In this document: piece by piece, positions 35,286 to 46,078 of the stretch
How the letters are laid out: the number at the start of each line of letters is the position of its first letter
How positions within the stretch are numbered: the stretch's first letter is position 1
IMG/VR virus record: IMGVR_UViG_3300017917_002969
Location: 1-64,000 of that record
Reading direction: 5' to 3' (one strand)
Source: a virus
Length of the DNA: 64,000 nt
Position numbers and translations under genes: made by a program
The notes under the pieces: generated by a model
Seen by the model: only the letters and a program-made list of their open reading frames with translations
What the model was told of the DNA's origin: nothing
The model's database searches: none

Positions 35286-35891
35286 TTAAATTTCTTCATA
35301 TGTTGTTGTTATTGTTTGACTCAATATTTTATTTCTGAGTTCTTCATTTCTTATAAAATCTAAAATAGAATCTATTTCATAATCAGCAAAAGTTTTTGTG
35401 TTGTAATTTGTTTTTACCTTTACACTAATTTTACCTTTTGGTTTAGCTTCTAGAGCTCTAGGATTTGCTGTGATTAGTATATCAATACCATCCCATTTAT
35501 CTTCATACTTTGTAACAAATCTAATTTTTTTTGCTTTACAACCAGTTTTCGATAGAAAAAACAAAGTAGATGGGATTGCTTTATTTACTTCTCGACTAAC
35601 AATTTCAATTTCATGTTCACCTTCATAATCAATTTCATTTAAAAAATCATTAAATTGATTCATCAATCCGTCAGATAGTTGGTCAGCATGACCAAAAATT
35701 TCTAGAGGAGCTTCCAAATACATAAAAGAATTTAACTTATCTATATTATCAAACTTAAAATAGTTTAATAAATCAAAATCAGTTATGTCTTTTTCAGTAA
35801 TATTTGTTTCGGCAATATATTTGTTATACGTATAAGCAAATTGGCCGATGAAGTCCCTTAATACTTCATTTAAAGTTATACCTATTTTCAT
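35286..35891 (-). CDS. HAD-fold 5'(3')-nucleotidase-like protein with degenerate motif I
   Basis: MKIGITLNEVLRD (cf. IGIDxDxVL), IVSR, DILITANP, YN. Confidence 0.55.
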   Translation of the reverse strand: MKIGITLNEVLRDFIGQFAYTYNKYIAETNITEKDITDFDLLNYFKFDNIDKLNSFMYLEAPLEIFGHADQLSDGLMNQFNDFLNEIDYEGEHEIEIVSREVNKAIPSTLFFLSKTGCKAKKIRFVTKYEDKWDGIDILITANPRALEAKPKGKISVKVKTNYNTKTFADYEIDSILDFIRNEELRNKILSQTITTTYEEI

Positions 35892-35944
35892 AAGCCCAAT
35901 CTAAGAGCAAAATCTTAATAAGTAAAGTAAAATTAAAACAATTA

Positions 35945-36754
35945 CTAAAAAATTTTTTTAACTTGTTCAAGAAGTGTTTGTTTTTCTTGTTTTGGCACTA
36001 TTTGCTGTTTTGGTTTTTCAGATTCTTTAAAGATTCCTATAAAATAACTAGTTAATCTATGTCTTACGATTTCAGATTCACTAAATTCTATTACTTCAAC
36101 TCCTTCTGTTGGTGAATTTTTGACATTTGTAATTAAGCGTTCTAATGAACTATCTTCTTTGTGTTTTAAATCAATTTGTCCACTATCACCTAAGACTATT
36201 GTTTTAGTATCATTTGAAAATCTAGTTAGGAAAGTTTTAGCATTGTCGTGAGTTATATTTTGAAATTCATCCACGATTAGAATGGTATTTTCCCATGACC
36301 TACCACGAATTTGTCCAAATACTTCAAATTCAATTAAACCAGCTTCTATAAGTTTATTTGTATTTGTCTCACCAATTAATTTATAAAACGCATCCATAAA
36401 TGACATCATATAGAATTTAAGTTTTTCTTTCTCATCACCAGGTAATATACCCAATTCTTCGTTTCTTAGTTGAACGACAGATTTGACCAACTTAATTTTC
36501 TTGTAAATATTTGGTTTACTCTTTAATAGTATTAGGGCTTCAGCTACACTTAACAACGTTTTACCAGTACCAGCTGGGCCAGAACATATTGTAACGTCAT
36601 TGTTTTTAATTGAGTTTGTGAGCTTTTTTTGGGTTTCGTTTTTGTGTTTTATGTCAACTTTAATTTTTGACAAGAGGCCGTTATTAAATCCTGTAAATAT
36701 GTCTTGTACAATTTCGTCCTCATCCTTTTTTTTAACAACACTTTTTTTTGCCAT
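35945..36754 (-). CDS. phoH: PhoH-like ATPase
   Basis: GPAGTGKT, LGILPGD..EK, RGRSW, IVDEFQN, GDSGQID, IVRH. Confidence 0.95.
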   Translation of the reverse strand: MAKKSVVKKKDEDEIVQDIFTGFNNGLLSKIKVDIKHKNETQKKLTNSIKNNDVTICSGPAGTGKTLLSVAEALILLKSKPNIYKKIKLVKSVVQLRNEELGILPGDEKEKLKFYMMSFMDAFYKLIGETNTNKLIEAGLIEFEVFGQIRGRSWENTILIVDEFQNITHDNAKTFLTRFSNDTKTIVLGDSGQIDLKHKEDSSLERLITNVKNSPTEGVEVIEFSESEIVRHRLTSYFIGIFKESEKPKQQIVPKQEKQTLLEQVKKIF

Positions 36755-36778
36755 GCAACTGTTTTATTAATAAATATC

Positions 36779-37714
36779 TCAACTTCTAACGTTCGGATAA
36801 TTTTTAACAAACCAATCAATAGTTTTTTTAATTCCAACATCAAATGGAGTGAATTTATAGTCTGGCAAAAAAGTCTTAAGTTTACTATTATCACTTGGTT
36901 TTCTGAATTGACCATCTGGTTTAGTATCATCAAAAATTATTTCACCTTTAAAATCCATATACTCAACTATAGTTTCAACGGCTTTTTTTATTGAAATTTC
37001 TTCAGAATTTGAGATAATTATTGGTTCATTTTCATTATAACCATTCAAAATAGATAAAGAAATCTTAGCAACATCTTCTGAATAAATGAATTCTCTTAGT
37101 GGGTTTCCAGAACCCCATACAACCAATGGTGTATTGTCTCTTTTTGCTAAATAACACTTATGAATTAATGATGGTATCACATGACCATTTTTTAAATTAA
37201 AATTATCATTTGGGCCATAAATATTAGTTGGTATAACGCAAGTATAATTTAAACCATATTGTTCTTTATAAGCTCTAACTTGTACTTCAGCCATTCTTTT
37301 AGCATAAGCATAAGCATCATTAGAATAGTGTGGTGGTCCTAAATGTATTTTATTTTCAGTTAAAGGGTAATCTATTTTATCTGGAAAAACACATGTAGAT
37401 AAAAAAACAATTAACTTTTTAATATCATATTTTCTACAAGCTTCTATAACATTTGTATTAATCATAATATTATCATAAAAAAACTCAGCTTTATGATTCA
37501 TATTACCACCAAGACCACCAACTTTTGCGGCTGTGTGTATAACCTTATCAACAACATTTTCTTTTTCTATATTTTTATCTGTATAAAAAGAAAAAATTTC
37601 ATCAACAGATTTTTTATCTCTAAGGTCACAAGTATTGGTGTTGAGACTTACTAAATCTCCTTTAAATTGTGAACCAACTAAGCCATTTCCTCCAGTTATT
37701 AAAAGTCTACCCAT
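36779..37714 (-). CDS. fcl: GDP-L-fucose synthase
   Basis: TGGNGLVG, AAKVGG, STCVFP, YAYAKR, PTNIYGPNDNF, HVIPSL, WGSG.PLREF, KPDGQ.RK. Confidence 0.95.
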   Translation of the reverse strand: MGRLLITGGNGLVGSQFKGDLVSLNTNTCDLRDKKSVDEIFSFYTDKNIEKENVVDKVIHTAAKVGGLGGNMNHKAEFFYDNIMINTNVIEACRKYDIKKLIVFLSTCVFPDKIDYPLTENKIHLGPPHYSNDAYAYAKRMAEVQVRAYKEQYGLNYTCVIPTNIYGPNDNFNLKNGHVIPSLIHKCYLAKRDNTPLVVWGSGNPLREFIYSEDVAKISLSILNGYNENEPIIISNSEEISIKKAVETIVEYMDFKGEIIFDDTKPDGQFRKPSDNSKLKTFLPDYKFTPFDVGIKKTIDWFVKNYPNVRS

Positions 37715-38709
37715 GATAATTCTTTTTTATCAACTAGTTTATCTAACCAAAATTCTATCATTTCATCTAACATAGTCTCAAAATTATATTCTAATTCCCA
37801 ACCTAAAATTGTTTTAGCTTTTGTAGCATCTCCTCTCAAATAATGAAGCTCTTCTGCTCTTTCAAATTTTTTATCTGTTTTAACATACTTTTCCACATCT
37901 AATTCTAGTTTATTAAAAACATATTTTACCAAGTCATAAACACTTTTTGACTCACCAGTAGCTAAAACATAATCATCTGGTTTATCTTGTTGTAGCATCA
38001 ACCACATTCCTTTAACATAATCTTTAGCATGTCCCCAGTCTCTTTTAGCGTTTAAATTACCTAAAACCAATTCATCGGACATACCTAATTTAATCTTAAC
38101 TGCTTCCAATACAACTTTATTAGTTACAAAGTTTATACCTCTTCTTGGACTTTCATGATTAAATAAAATTCCTGAGCAAATAAACATATCATAAGCATTT
38201 CTATAATTATGGCATAAGCTATGCGCATATAATTTACTACATCCATATGGTGAAACAGGAACCATTGGTGTTGTTTCTCTTTGAAACATATCTTTATCAC
38301 ATGAGTTACCAAACATTTCAGAAGTAGCTGCGTGATATACTTTTGATTTTGGTGAAAATTTTCTAACAGCTTCAAGCACAGCTAAGGTACCACCAGAATT
38401 AACATCAAGCGTGTACTTTGGTAATTCAAAACTTATTTGAACGTGACTTTGGGCTGCTAAATGGTAAATTTCGTCTGGTTTCAACTCACTTATAATAGAT
38501 TCAACACTAATAGGGTCTGTTAAATCCATGTAGTGTAACGTTATTAATTCTTTTGAACGTAGATGTTCAATTCTGGTAGTTTGTGATTCTGGAACTGAAT
38601 TTCGTCTTATTGTTCCGTGGACAATATATTTTTTCTCAATTAATAATTCAGCCAAATATGAAGCATCTTGACCATTTGCACCTACAATCAACGCTATTTT
38701 TTTCATCAT
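37699..38709 (-). CDS. gmd: GDP-mannose 4,6-dehydratase
   Basis: GANGQDASYLAE, LAAQSHV, SPYGCSK, GILFNHESPRRG.NFVT, RDWGHAKDYV. Confidence 0.97.
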   Translation of the reverse strand: MMKKIALIVGANGQDASYLAELLIEKKYIVHGTIRRNSVPESQTTRIEHLRSKELITLHYMDLTDPISVESIISELKPDEIYHLAAQSHVQISFELPKYTLDVNSGGTLAVLEAVRKFSPKSKVYHAATSEMFGNSCDKDMFQRETTPMVPVSPYGCSKLYAHSLCHNYRNAYDMFICSGILFNHESPRRGINFVTNKVVLEAVKIKLGMSDELVLGNLNAKRDWGHAKDYVKGMWLMLQQDKPDDYVLATGESKSVYDLVKYVFNKLELDVEKYVKTDKKFERAEELHYLRGDATKAKTILGWELEYNFETMLDEMIEFWLDKLVDKKELSWVDF

Positions 38710-39299
38710 AAAAATTTTTCTTTAAATACATCAACAGATATTAAATTTAAAGCTTCAACTCTACGTTTTTCTAAAAAACCATATTCATAAATATTTTCAT
38801 TTTCGTTAACTTTTAATAATTCTTGTTTACCTTTTTTAATAACACCACAACCCTCATCAGTATCAACCGTGTAAATTTCAATATCTGAGTTTTCACTTCT
38901 TAATTGCACAATCGCTTTCCAAACATCTCCATGCCAAGCATTTGATACTCGTTCTCTTCTTTGTGTTATTTCAGTAATTGGGTTACAATCGTGAACAACA
39001 ATAACACCATTTTCATTTAGATTGTTTAAAGAATTTATGATATCTCTATAAACTTGTTCGTGTAAATGTAAACCATCAACAAAAACAATATCGTATTTTT
39101 GTGTGATATGTTTTTCAAAAAAATCATCCGATGTCATTTTATATGTTGTTTCAACATTTGGGTCAACACCATGTTTGGTTTGTATTTTTACCCCAACCCA
39201 GTTATATCCTGGTTGTGCTGGTGTGTTAACACCGATTTCTAAATAAGAAGTGTAATTGTTTTTTTCAATTAAACCATTGATTATTTCTGTTCTAGTCAT
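38706..39299 (-). CDS. Class I SAM-dependent methyltransferase
   Basis: YLEIGV, GVDP, YDIVFVDGLH, IVVHDC. Confidence 0.85.
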   Translation of the reverse strand: MTRTEIINGLIEKNNYTSYLEIGVNTPAQPGYNWVGVKIQTKHGVDPNVETTYKMTSDDFFEKHITQKYDIVFVDGLHLHEQVYRDIINSLNNLNENGVIVVHDCNPITEITQRRERVSNAWHGDVWKAIVQLRSENSDIEIYTVDTDEGCGVIKKGKQELLKVNENENIYEYGFLEKRRVEALNLISVDVFKEKFL

Positions 39300-39303
39300 A
39301 ATT

Positions 39304-40110
39304 TTAATTTGTTATTTTTGAATATCTTTCTAAAATGTTAGTGTTATCTAATATTAATCTTTGTGGTGAAAAAGCGTAGTGAACAAATAAAGATTCACCA
39401 AAAATAATGTTTGGCATGTTTAATTCTTTTGGTTTGTCACTAGATAACCAAATTTCTTCTGCTGAGCCAACATCACCATTAAATGTTTTAAAAGTTTTAC
39501 CTAACCAAGAAATACTATTGATTGAACATCTTTCAAAATTAGATAAAACCCAATTTTCTATAAAAAAATCAGTTGTTTTATTTTGTTCTTGTTTTTTTAA
39601 AAATACATCGTGAAGATTTGCAGCAAAACCACCACTTCTCCAACCATTTTCATCTTCACAGTTGTAACTTACAGGTGCTAAACCAGACACAATGTTTTTT
39701 AATTGGTAGATGTGGGTTAATAATGCATTGTTAAGAATATTACCATAAACTAAAAAATATTGTTCGTTTTCTATTCTAAATTCAAATAGGTTTTTTATAG
39801 AACCTTTTTCAATATAAACAACATCATCGTCTAAACGCAAATAAACTGTATTTTCATCAATACAATTTTTAAAAAATCTACATATAGTTGCCGTATGACT
39901 ACCATTAGGGTCTACTGGTACATCTGAATATTGTAACTTTATGTAGTCATAATGATTAGATAGAGTTTCTATATAATTAATATCTTCTTGATTGTCAGTA
40001 TTTACCCAAATCACCCATTCGTCAAATTCATCTTTACATTTATAAAGATTTTTGTGTAAAACTTCTAGGTATTTTTTTCTACCAGCTGGTGTTACAATTA
40101 TTTTTTTCAT
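39304..40110 (-). CDS. Glycosyltransferase-like protein (GT-A)
   Basis: PAGRKKYL, YLRLDDDVVY DxD-type motif. Confidence 0.65.
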   Translation of the reverse strand: MKKIIVTPAGRKKYLEVLHKNLYKCKDEFDEWVIWVNTDNQEDINYIETLSNHYDYIKLQYSDVPVDPNGSHTATICRFFKNCIDENTVYLRLDDDVVYIEKGSIKNLFEFRIENEQYFLVYGNILNNALLTHIYQLKNIVSGLAPVSYNCEDENGWRSGGFAANLHDVFLKKQEQNKTTDFFIENWVLSNFERCSINSISWLGKTFKTFNGDVGSAEEIWLSSDKPKELNMPNIIFGESLFVHYAFSPQRLILDNTNILERYSKITN

Positions 40111-41201
40111 TATATAAAGTTTTTTGATTTTATTATTGCGGATGCTATTATCTGATGCATGTCATAATATTTATATTCAGCTAATCTACCACCAAATATA
40201 ATATTTGGGAATGATTCTGATAGATTTTTATATTTAAGATATATTTCATTATTTTTATCGTCATTAATTGGGTAGAAAGGTATATCACCTCTTTTGTAAT
40301 CTTTTGAATATTCTTTACTAATCCAAGTAACGTTGCTTTTAGCACCATCAAAATGTTTATGTTCTGTTATTCTAGTATAAGGAACTTCATAGTCGGTGTA
40401 GTTTACAATAGAACACCCTTGATAATCATCCATTTCGTGTTTTTCCATTATAAATTCCAAAGACCTATATTCTAATTCTCCAAACTTATAGTCAAAAAAT
40501 TCATCAATTTTACCAGTAAAAACTATCTTATCAGCCATAGAATCCCATTTTTCCTTTTCACTAAAATAATCAACATCTAGTATAATGTCAATACCATTTA
40601 ACATGTTTTCAAATAATTTCGTATAACCATTTATTGGCATACCTTGATATTTATCAAAAAAATAATTATTGTCAAAATTGGTTCTTATTGGAAGTCTTTT
40701 TATTATACTACTAGGTAAATTTTTAGGGTCCTTGTTCCACTGTTTCATTGTATATCCTTTAATGAATATTTCATAAATATCAGAACCAACTTGTGATAAA
40801 ACCCATTCCTCAAAATTTTTTGGGTCGTTATTTACAGTGACAACTTCTTTTAATTTTAGTTTAGCCTCTTCTGGTGTAGTAACACCCCATAATTGCTGCA
40901 ATGTTAATAAGTTTATAGGAAAAGAAAAAATTTTTCCTTTGTAATTTACCATTGGTGAGTGTTTATAATTATTAAATTCACCAAATTGTTGAATCCAATC
41001 CCAAATTTTCTTATCGTTTGTGTGAAAAATATGTGGGCCGTATGTGTGTATGTTTATATTGTCAATATTTTCAGTATAACAATTTCCACCAATATGTTTA
41101 CGTTTATCAATAACCAAACATTTTTTACCAGCCTTTGTTACTTCGTGTGCAAATGCGGCTCCAAATAAACCAGCACCAACTATTAAAAAATCATATTTCA
41201 T
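40110..41201 (-). CDS. glf: UDP-galactopyranose mutase
   Basis: IVGAGLFG, HIGGNCY, YGPHIFHT, RITEHKHF, GRLAEYKYYDMHQ. Confidence 0.97.
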   Translation of the reverse strand: MKYDFLIVGAGLFGAAFAHEVTKAGKKCLVIDKRKHIGGNCYTENIDNINIHTYGPHIFHTNDKKIWDWIQQFGEFNNYKHSPMVNYKGKIFSFPINLLTLQQLWGVTTPEEAKLKLKEVVTVNNDPKNFEEWVLSQVGSDIYEIFIKGYTMKQWNKDPKNLPSSIIKRLPIRTNFDNNYFFDKYQGMPINGYTKLFENMLNGIDIILDVDYFSEKEKWDSMADKIVFTGKIDEFFDYKFGELEYRSLEFIMEKHEMDDYQGCSIVNYTDYEVPYTRITEHKHFDGAKSNVTWISKEYSKDYKRGDIPFYPINDDKNNEIYLKYKNLSESFPNIIFGGRLAEYKYYDMHQIIASAIIKSKNFI

Positions 41202-42153
41202 CTCTAAAAATTATTTTTTTTATTTGTTCTAATTTTATATTGCTATATTCTACATTGTGAAATTTTTGGTAACCACTGCCAGATTTAAAATGTAAAATAG
41301 GTGCATCATTAATTGAGTGGTTTAAAAGTTGAATAATATCAATATGCACTGGGTCTTGAAAATGGTATGGGTCTACAAATGTTTCTTTTAATTTTAACAC
41401 CTTATCTACTAAATAATCAGAATAATTTTGATTTATTAATTCATAAGGGAATGACCTATCACCCATTTGAATAGTTTCTTTTATTTTTTTAGATGATAGT
41501 TCAAAAGAATAATTTATATTACCGTTCAAAACAAATTGGACCAAGTCATTTGTACAATTATAATAATTCCACATTTCAAAATAACCATAATCCATTGGGT
41601 TTATTTTTTTAAGTAAATCTATTGTTTGACCTCCAACATCACTTATCCCATGAATATAGTCCCAATTAAAATACTGCGTTAAATTGTTACTGTTTAAAAA
41701 CTCGTTATCAAACAATAAAACACCATCCCACATGTAGTAATAGTTGAAATTACCTTCATTTATTCTATGTATAGGTGTATCTCTGTATTGTGGAGTAAAA
41801 TAAAGTTTTTTTTCGTTCATTAAACCATTATAATCAATTTTGTTTATGAAAAACATATCTGAATGTATTAACATAAAATAATCATTAGATGTTGCTTGAA
41901 AAATGTCTCTGAACCAATTAAGTTGTTCTACATAATATCTAGAAAATGGTACGTTTCTAGGCCCAGTATAATTAATACACGTTATTTTATTTTCATAACA
42001 AATATTTTTTATTGTTTGAGCATGTTCGTTTGATGCATTTATTATTATAAATTCAGTTTCAGAATCAAACATATGTTTTTTATATGAATCTATTTGTAAT
42101 TGAAGATACTCTGGATTTTTGTCTGGAAATGAAAATATTTTTAATTTTTTCAT
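41191..42153 (-). CDS. Glycosyltransferase-like hypothetical protein
   Basis: LQ..S..K, IHSDMFF, DVGG, LHFKSGS; located in the glycan island. Confidence 0.5.
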   Translation of the reverse strand: MKKLKIFSFPDKNPEYLQLQIDSYKKHMFDSETEFIIINASNEHAQTIKNICYENKITCINYTGPRNVPFSRYYVEQLNWFRDIFQATSNDYFMLIHSDMFFINKIDYNGLMNEKKLYFTPQYRDTPIHRINEGNFNYYYMWDGVLLFDNEFLNSNNLTQYFNWDYIHGISDVGGQTIDLLKKINPMDYGYFEMWNYYNCTNDLVQFVLNGNINYSFELSSKKIKETIQMGDRSFPYELINQNYSDYLVDKVLKLKETFVDPYHFQDPVHIDIIQLLNHSINDAPILHFKSGSGYQKFHNVEYSNIKLEQIKKIIFRDEI

Positions 42154-42314
42154 ATTTTAAAATAAAATTTTATATATAGCTATTATTTTCTTATTTTTTT
42201 AGTGAGTAAATTATGTTATTTAAAATGTATAACCATACTGAAAGAATTTTGTTTATTTGGTTGCAATTAATTATTAATTAAAAATAATGTTTTACATAAT
42301 ATTGTGTAAAGAAA

Positions 42315-43154
42315 CTATTTTATTAAGTGTTTATATTTTTCTTTATTATCAATTATAAAATTTGGTAACAAAGAATTATTTATTTTTATAGAATAACCTC
42401 TACCAAAAACATCAAGACTGTTATTTATTTTAGTTTCTATAGTATTCTTTATAAAATCATTATTAAACTCTTGGTGTCCATAAGATTCAATTTTTTCCCT
42501 AACCATTTTTTCACCGCCTTGGAATGTGAAATGCCAACCAGCATTTTCAACTAGTTTATACTGATTTCTATTAGGTGTTCTAATGTGATTTATACTATAG
42601 TTTTTTATATTTTTATATTTTGTACCTACAGTTCCATACCAATGTTCTGAAGATTCTAAGTTTAAATAATATGTAAAAACTTTTTGATTTAATCTTAAAT
42701 TACCATCAAAATTAAATTCATAATTTATATTTGGGTCCCATATTTCATCTAAATCAGACACAAAAACAAAATCATCATCATTAGCTTCTATCAAACCTTT
42801 TTTAATACATTCTTTCTGATAAAATTCTCTTAACCAATGAACTTCATGTTTAGGAACATTAGGTGTTGTTAAACAATCATCAATAATAGAATCTTGTAAA
42901 ACATTTCCGTTTTTCATACTAGATAAATCAAAAGAATCTGGCATATCACTAACAATAATGTGTATTATTTTATGATTAAACTTTTCGAATCTTTTTTTAT
43001 TTTCTAAATAATATAAAGGTTTATGTTTTCCAGTAAATGTTTTAGTTGCTTCAACTAAAACAAAATAATCAACATAATCGTTAAGTATATTTAATCTAAT
43101 CTCTAACAAATCTAGTTCGTTAAAAAAAATAAAAGTATCATAAATTTTTAGCAT
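42315..43154 (-). CDS. Glycosyltransferase family 17-like (MGAT3-like GlcNAc transferase)
   Basis: IYDTFIFFNELDLLEIRL..VDYFVLVEA..TFTG..KPL, SDLDEI, GWHF. Confidence 0.9.
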   Translation of the reverse strand: MLKIYDTFIFFNELDLLEIRLNILNDYVDYFVLVEATKTFTGKHKPLYYLENKKRFEKFNHKIIHIIVSDMPDSFDLSSMKNGNVLQDSIIDDCLTTPNVPKHEVHWLREFYQKECIKKGLIEANDDDFVFVSDLDEIWDPNINYEFNFDGNLRLNQKVFTYYLNLESSEHWYGTVGTKYKNIKNYSINHIRTPNRNQYKLVENAGWHFTFQGGEKMVREKIESYGHQEFNNDFIKNTIETKINNSLDVFGRGYSIKINNSLLPNFIIDNKEKYKHLIK

Positions 43155-43155
43155 T

Positions 43156-43860
43156 TTAAAATGATTTATGTATATAATAAGAGTTGTTTTTGATTATACC
43201 CCTATATTTTTTATTGGTAATTAAATAATTGGTTAAGCGATATTCAAACGAATTAACCCCATATTGTGGAAAATTATGTAATGGGCTATCGTTGGTGAAA
43301 TCAACTGACATACCTTTATTTTTTGATATAAAGTAAACTTGGTCACTAAAAATTTTAGATAAATAAAAATCATCGTGTTTTTTATCTATTGTTGCTTCTT
43401 CATGTTTTATTGTTTCAGGTAAAAAATTTAAGTCAGCCCAAAATAATGTGGTTGATATTATATCATCGTCATTATCAAAGGTTTTTATCGATTTTTTAAA
43501 AAAATCACTTAAATCTTCGGAATGAATTTCACAATCAGGACCAACATAAAAAATATGTTTTGTTTTACTTAACAGTAACCCACAATAATGTTGTACTGAG
43601 TAATAATATGATTTTTCATTTTGATTTACGTTCAAGTTAAAACGCTCATTAATCTCATCCAAATATTGGTTAGTATAATAGAAATCAAAATGTTTGTTAA
43701 ATTTTTCTTTTAACAAATTAAATCTATCTAAACTTTCTATATTATTTATTAAGACTATTTTTTTAGTAATTAAATCATGAGAATAATTAAAAAACCAACC
43801 ATCAAAATTTAAAACATGTTCAAAATCTTTTTCGTAAACTGTAGTAATTAAAGTAATCAT
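43156..43860 (-). CDS. Hypothetical glycan-island protein
   Basis: 234 aa; GT-A-like start ITLITTVYE; FSDQ motif. Confidence 0.55.
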   Translation of the reverse strand: MITLITTVYEKDFEHVLNFDGWFFNYSHDLITKKIVLINNIESLDRFNLLKEKFNKHFDFYYTNQYLDEINERFNLNVNQNEKSYYYSVQHYCGLLLSKTKHIFYVGPDCEIHSEDLSDFFKKSIKTFDNDDDIISTTLFWADLNFLPETIKHEEATIDKKHDDFYLSKIFSDQVYFISKNKGMSVDFTNDSPLHNFPQYGVNSFEYRLTNYLITNKKYRGIIKNNSYYIHKSF

Positions 43861-43929
43861 CGTATTTCTTTTTTTACACGTTTCATAATCTCTAATAAAG
43901 CTAATTCACTAAAGACAATAAACGTATTA

Positions 43930-44823
43930 TTAATTTTTACCATATTGTTTTAATTTATATTCATTATGTTCTAACAAACACTCATCATAATTATATAAAA
44001 TATTATCTCTACCTAACCAATGTATGTTTCTATAGATATTATAACCACAACTCCAAAAACCATCTGAAATATTGTGCCTAGCCCAATATTTTGGTCCAAT
44101 TACAAATTTTAAAGACTCACTAGTAAAAACTGGAAAAAATGCAAACGAACTATTAGACATAATTAAGTAGTTAGCATTTTTTATTATCGAATAGTCTTTA
44201 GCTATATCAAAATGATAAACTTCTAGATTTGGAAAATAATTTTTAGCAGAAGAAACGTCATCAGTTATAACCACAAATCTAAAATTTTTATTTATTTTTA
44301 ACATATGTTTCATTGCGTTATACCAATATTCTTTATTTAAAAATAAATCAGCTACATTTCTGTATTCACCACCCCTAAAATTAATTATACATATGTTTTC
44401 ATTAGAAAAATCATAACATTCTTTTTCTGGTTTAATTTTAAACCATTTTTTTATCTCTTCTTTTCTATGGTAAAAATAATTTTCAGATTGCATAACACCA
44501 TCTATTTTCGTATTATCTTTAATGTCAATTAAATTTTTATCATATTCTCTTATATCACATTTAAAAATTGGATGGTATAAATTTTTTTCAACATAATAGT
44601 TAACTATTTCATTAGGTAGTTCTATTGGTGGCCCACCTTCTGGACCGTATCCACCAATAACTTCACAACCCATATCTAAATCCATAAAATCTAAACACTT
44701 GAATTTATCACCATTAATTATTCCAAATTGGTAATTATTATCTAAAGCAATTGTTCTGGTCGTAGCATAACAAAATAATTGATTTCCTAACCCTTGACCA
44801 TTGTAAATTTCTGTAACTATCAT
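43930..44823 (-). CDS. Alpha-1,2-fucosyltransferase-like (GT11)
   Basis: GLGNQLF, QSENYF, FRGGEY, ITDD, SNSSF. Confidence 0.85.
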   Translation of the reverse strand: MIVTEIYNGQGLGNQLFCYATTRTIALDNNYQFGIINGDKFKCLDFMDLDMGCEVIGGYGPEGGPPIELPNEIVNYYVEKNLYHPIFKCDIREYDKNLIDIKDNTKIDGVMQSENYFYHRKEEIKKWFKIKPEKECYDFSNENICIINFRGGEYRNVADLFLNKEYWYNAMKHMLKINKNFRFVVITDDVSSAKNYFPNLEVYHFDIAKDYSIIKNANYLIMSNSSFAFFPVFTSESLKFVIGPKYWARHNISDGFWSCGYNIYRNIHWLGRDNILYNYDECLLEHNEYKLKQYGKN

Positions 44824-44830
44824 ATTTTTT

Positions 44831-45451
44831 TTATTTTTTTATTATATTAACTCCATTATTACCACAGTCTAATAAGCCAGAGCCAGTCATATGACCAATT
44901 TCTGTTAAATCATGTTTCACCCATTTTAATGAATTCCACCAATTTAACATATTGTGATGTGAAGGTGAAAAAACATCATCACATAGTATGTAACCATTAT
45001 AATTCATTTTTTCAATTAAATTTGAGAATAAATTTTCATGTATGCCATCGTGCACAGTATCAAAAAAAATAAATTTACTAGCTAAAAATATTTCTTCTGA
45101 TTCAGTTAATATATCTTTATTTTTAAATGATAAATTTGGATAATCTAACCCAAAAGGCGTGTGTTGATTTTCCCATAATAAACCGTTAAGGTTTTTATCC
45201 TCAATATCATAGGTTATCACCTTATTATTTTTGTTTTGGGCTAAGCATAATGCTGAAATACCTTGATGGGTACCAGCGTCAATTATTAAAGTATTATCAA
45301 ACTTGTATGATAAATATGTTAATAATTTATAGTGTTGTAATGACGGTAATGTATTATTTTGTGCTGTTTGTATATGTCCAATATTATCATAATATTTTAA
45401 CAAAAAACTAACATCAGTGTTTAAAACATCGTTGTAATTAATTTCTATCAT
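44831..45451 (-). CDS. Class I SAM-dependent methyltransferase
   Basis: IDAGTHQGISA, TYDI, FFDTVHDG, CDD. Confidence 0.75.
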   Translation of the reverse strand: MIEINYNDVLNTDVSFLLKYYDNIGHIQTAQNNTLPSLQHYKLLTYLSYKFDNTLIIDAGTHQGISALCLAQNKNNKVITYDIEDKNLNGLLWENQHTPFGLDYPNLSFKNKDILTESEEIFLASKFIFFDTVHDGIHENLFSNLIEKMNYNGYILCDDVFSPSHHNMLNWWNSLKWVKHDLTEIGHMTGSGLLDCGNNGVNIIKK

Positions 45452-45454
45452 ATT

Positions 45455-46078
45455 TTATTTTTTATATTTGTGAAAACCAAAAGGTTCGTCAACATCTTCA
45501 TCACAATTTGTTTCATGGCTGAACATTGCTGCTATTTCAGGTGTCGCAAATTTAACCCCATAATTTTCTAATTCTCTTCTGTAATAGTTACATAAAACAC
45601 CATCTTCATTATAGAAGCCAGTTCCATTATCTGTAAATGGTAAATTTAAATCGTTTAAACAATTCATTAACTTTTTGCTTCTTAGAGTAAAACCACCGTT
45701 ACCTACTCTAATATTCAAATCCCCATTGAAATGAACATTTTTAGGCCACGGTGCGCCAATGTAATCATAATTTAAAAACTCATCAATCCATTTATGTGGT
45801 CTTAAAACATAACCATCATATTGAACTACTAGAGCAAAATCACTTTTTATGAAGTTAGCTAGGTCAAATAACATGAACTTACTATACTCGTCAATATTAT
45901 TTATTTTAGGACAATAAATAAATGTGATGTTATCTGGTAAGTTATTTGGTTTTTCATGACTTATGAACAACGCTTCATAAAATTCAATCCCTTCCATAGA
46001 TTTTTGAAGAGCGTTGATAGTTTCTTGAATTTTAACCGAACTAACAGATACCAAAGTTACATTACTTAATTTAATCAT
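45455..46078 (-). CDS. DUF5672-like glycosyltransferase-like protein
   Basis: VQYDG, YDYIGAPW, VGNGGFTLRSK, NEDG, FGFH. Confidence 0.8.
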   Translation of the reverse strand: MIKLSNVTLVSVSSVKIQETINALQKSMEGIEFYEALFISHEKPNNLPDNITFIYCPKINNIDEYSKFMLFDLANFIKSDFALVVQYDGYVLRPHKWIDEFLNYDYIGAPWPKNVHFNGDLNIRVGNGGFTLRSKKLMNCLNDLNLPFTDNGTGFYNEDGVLCNYYRRELENYGVKFATPEIAAMFSHETNCDEDVDEPFGFHKYKK

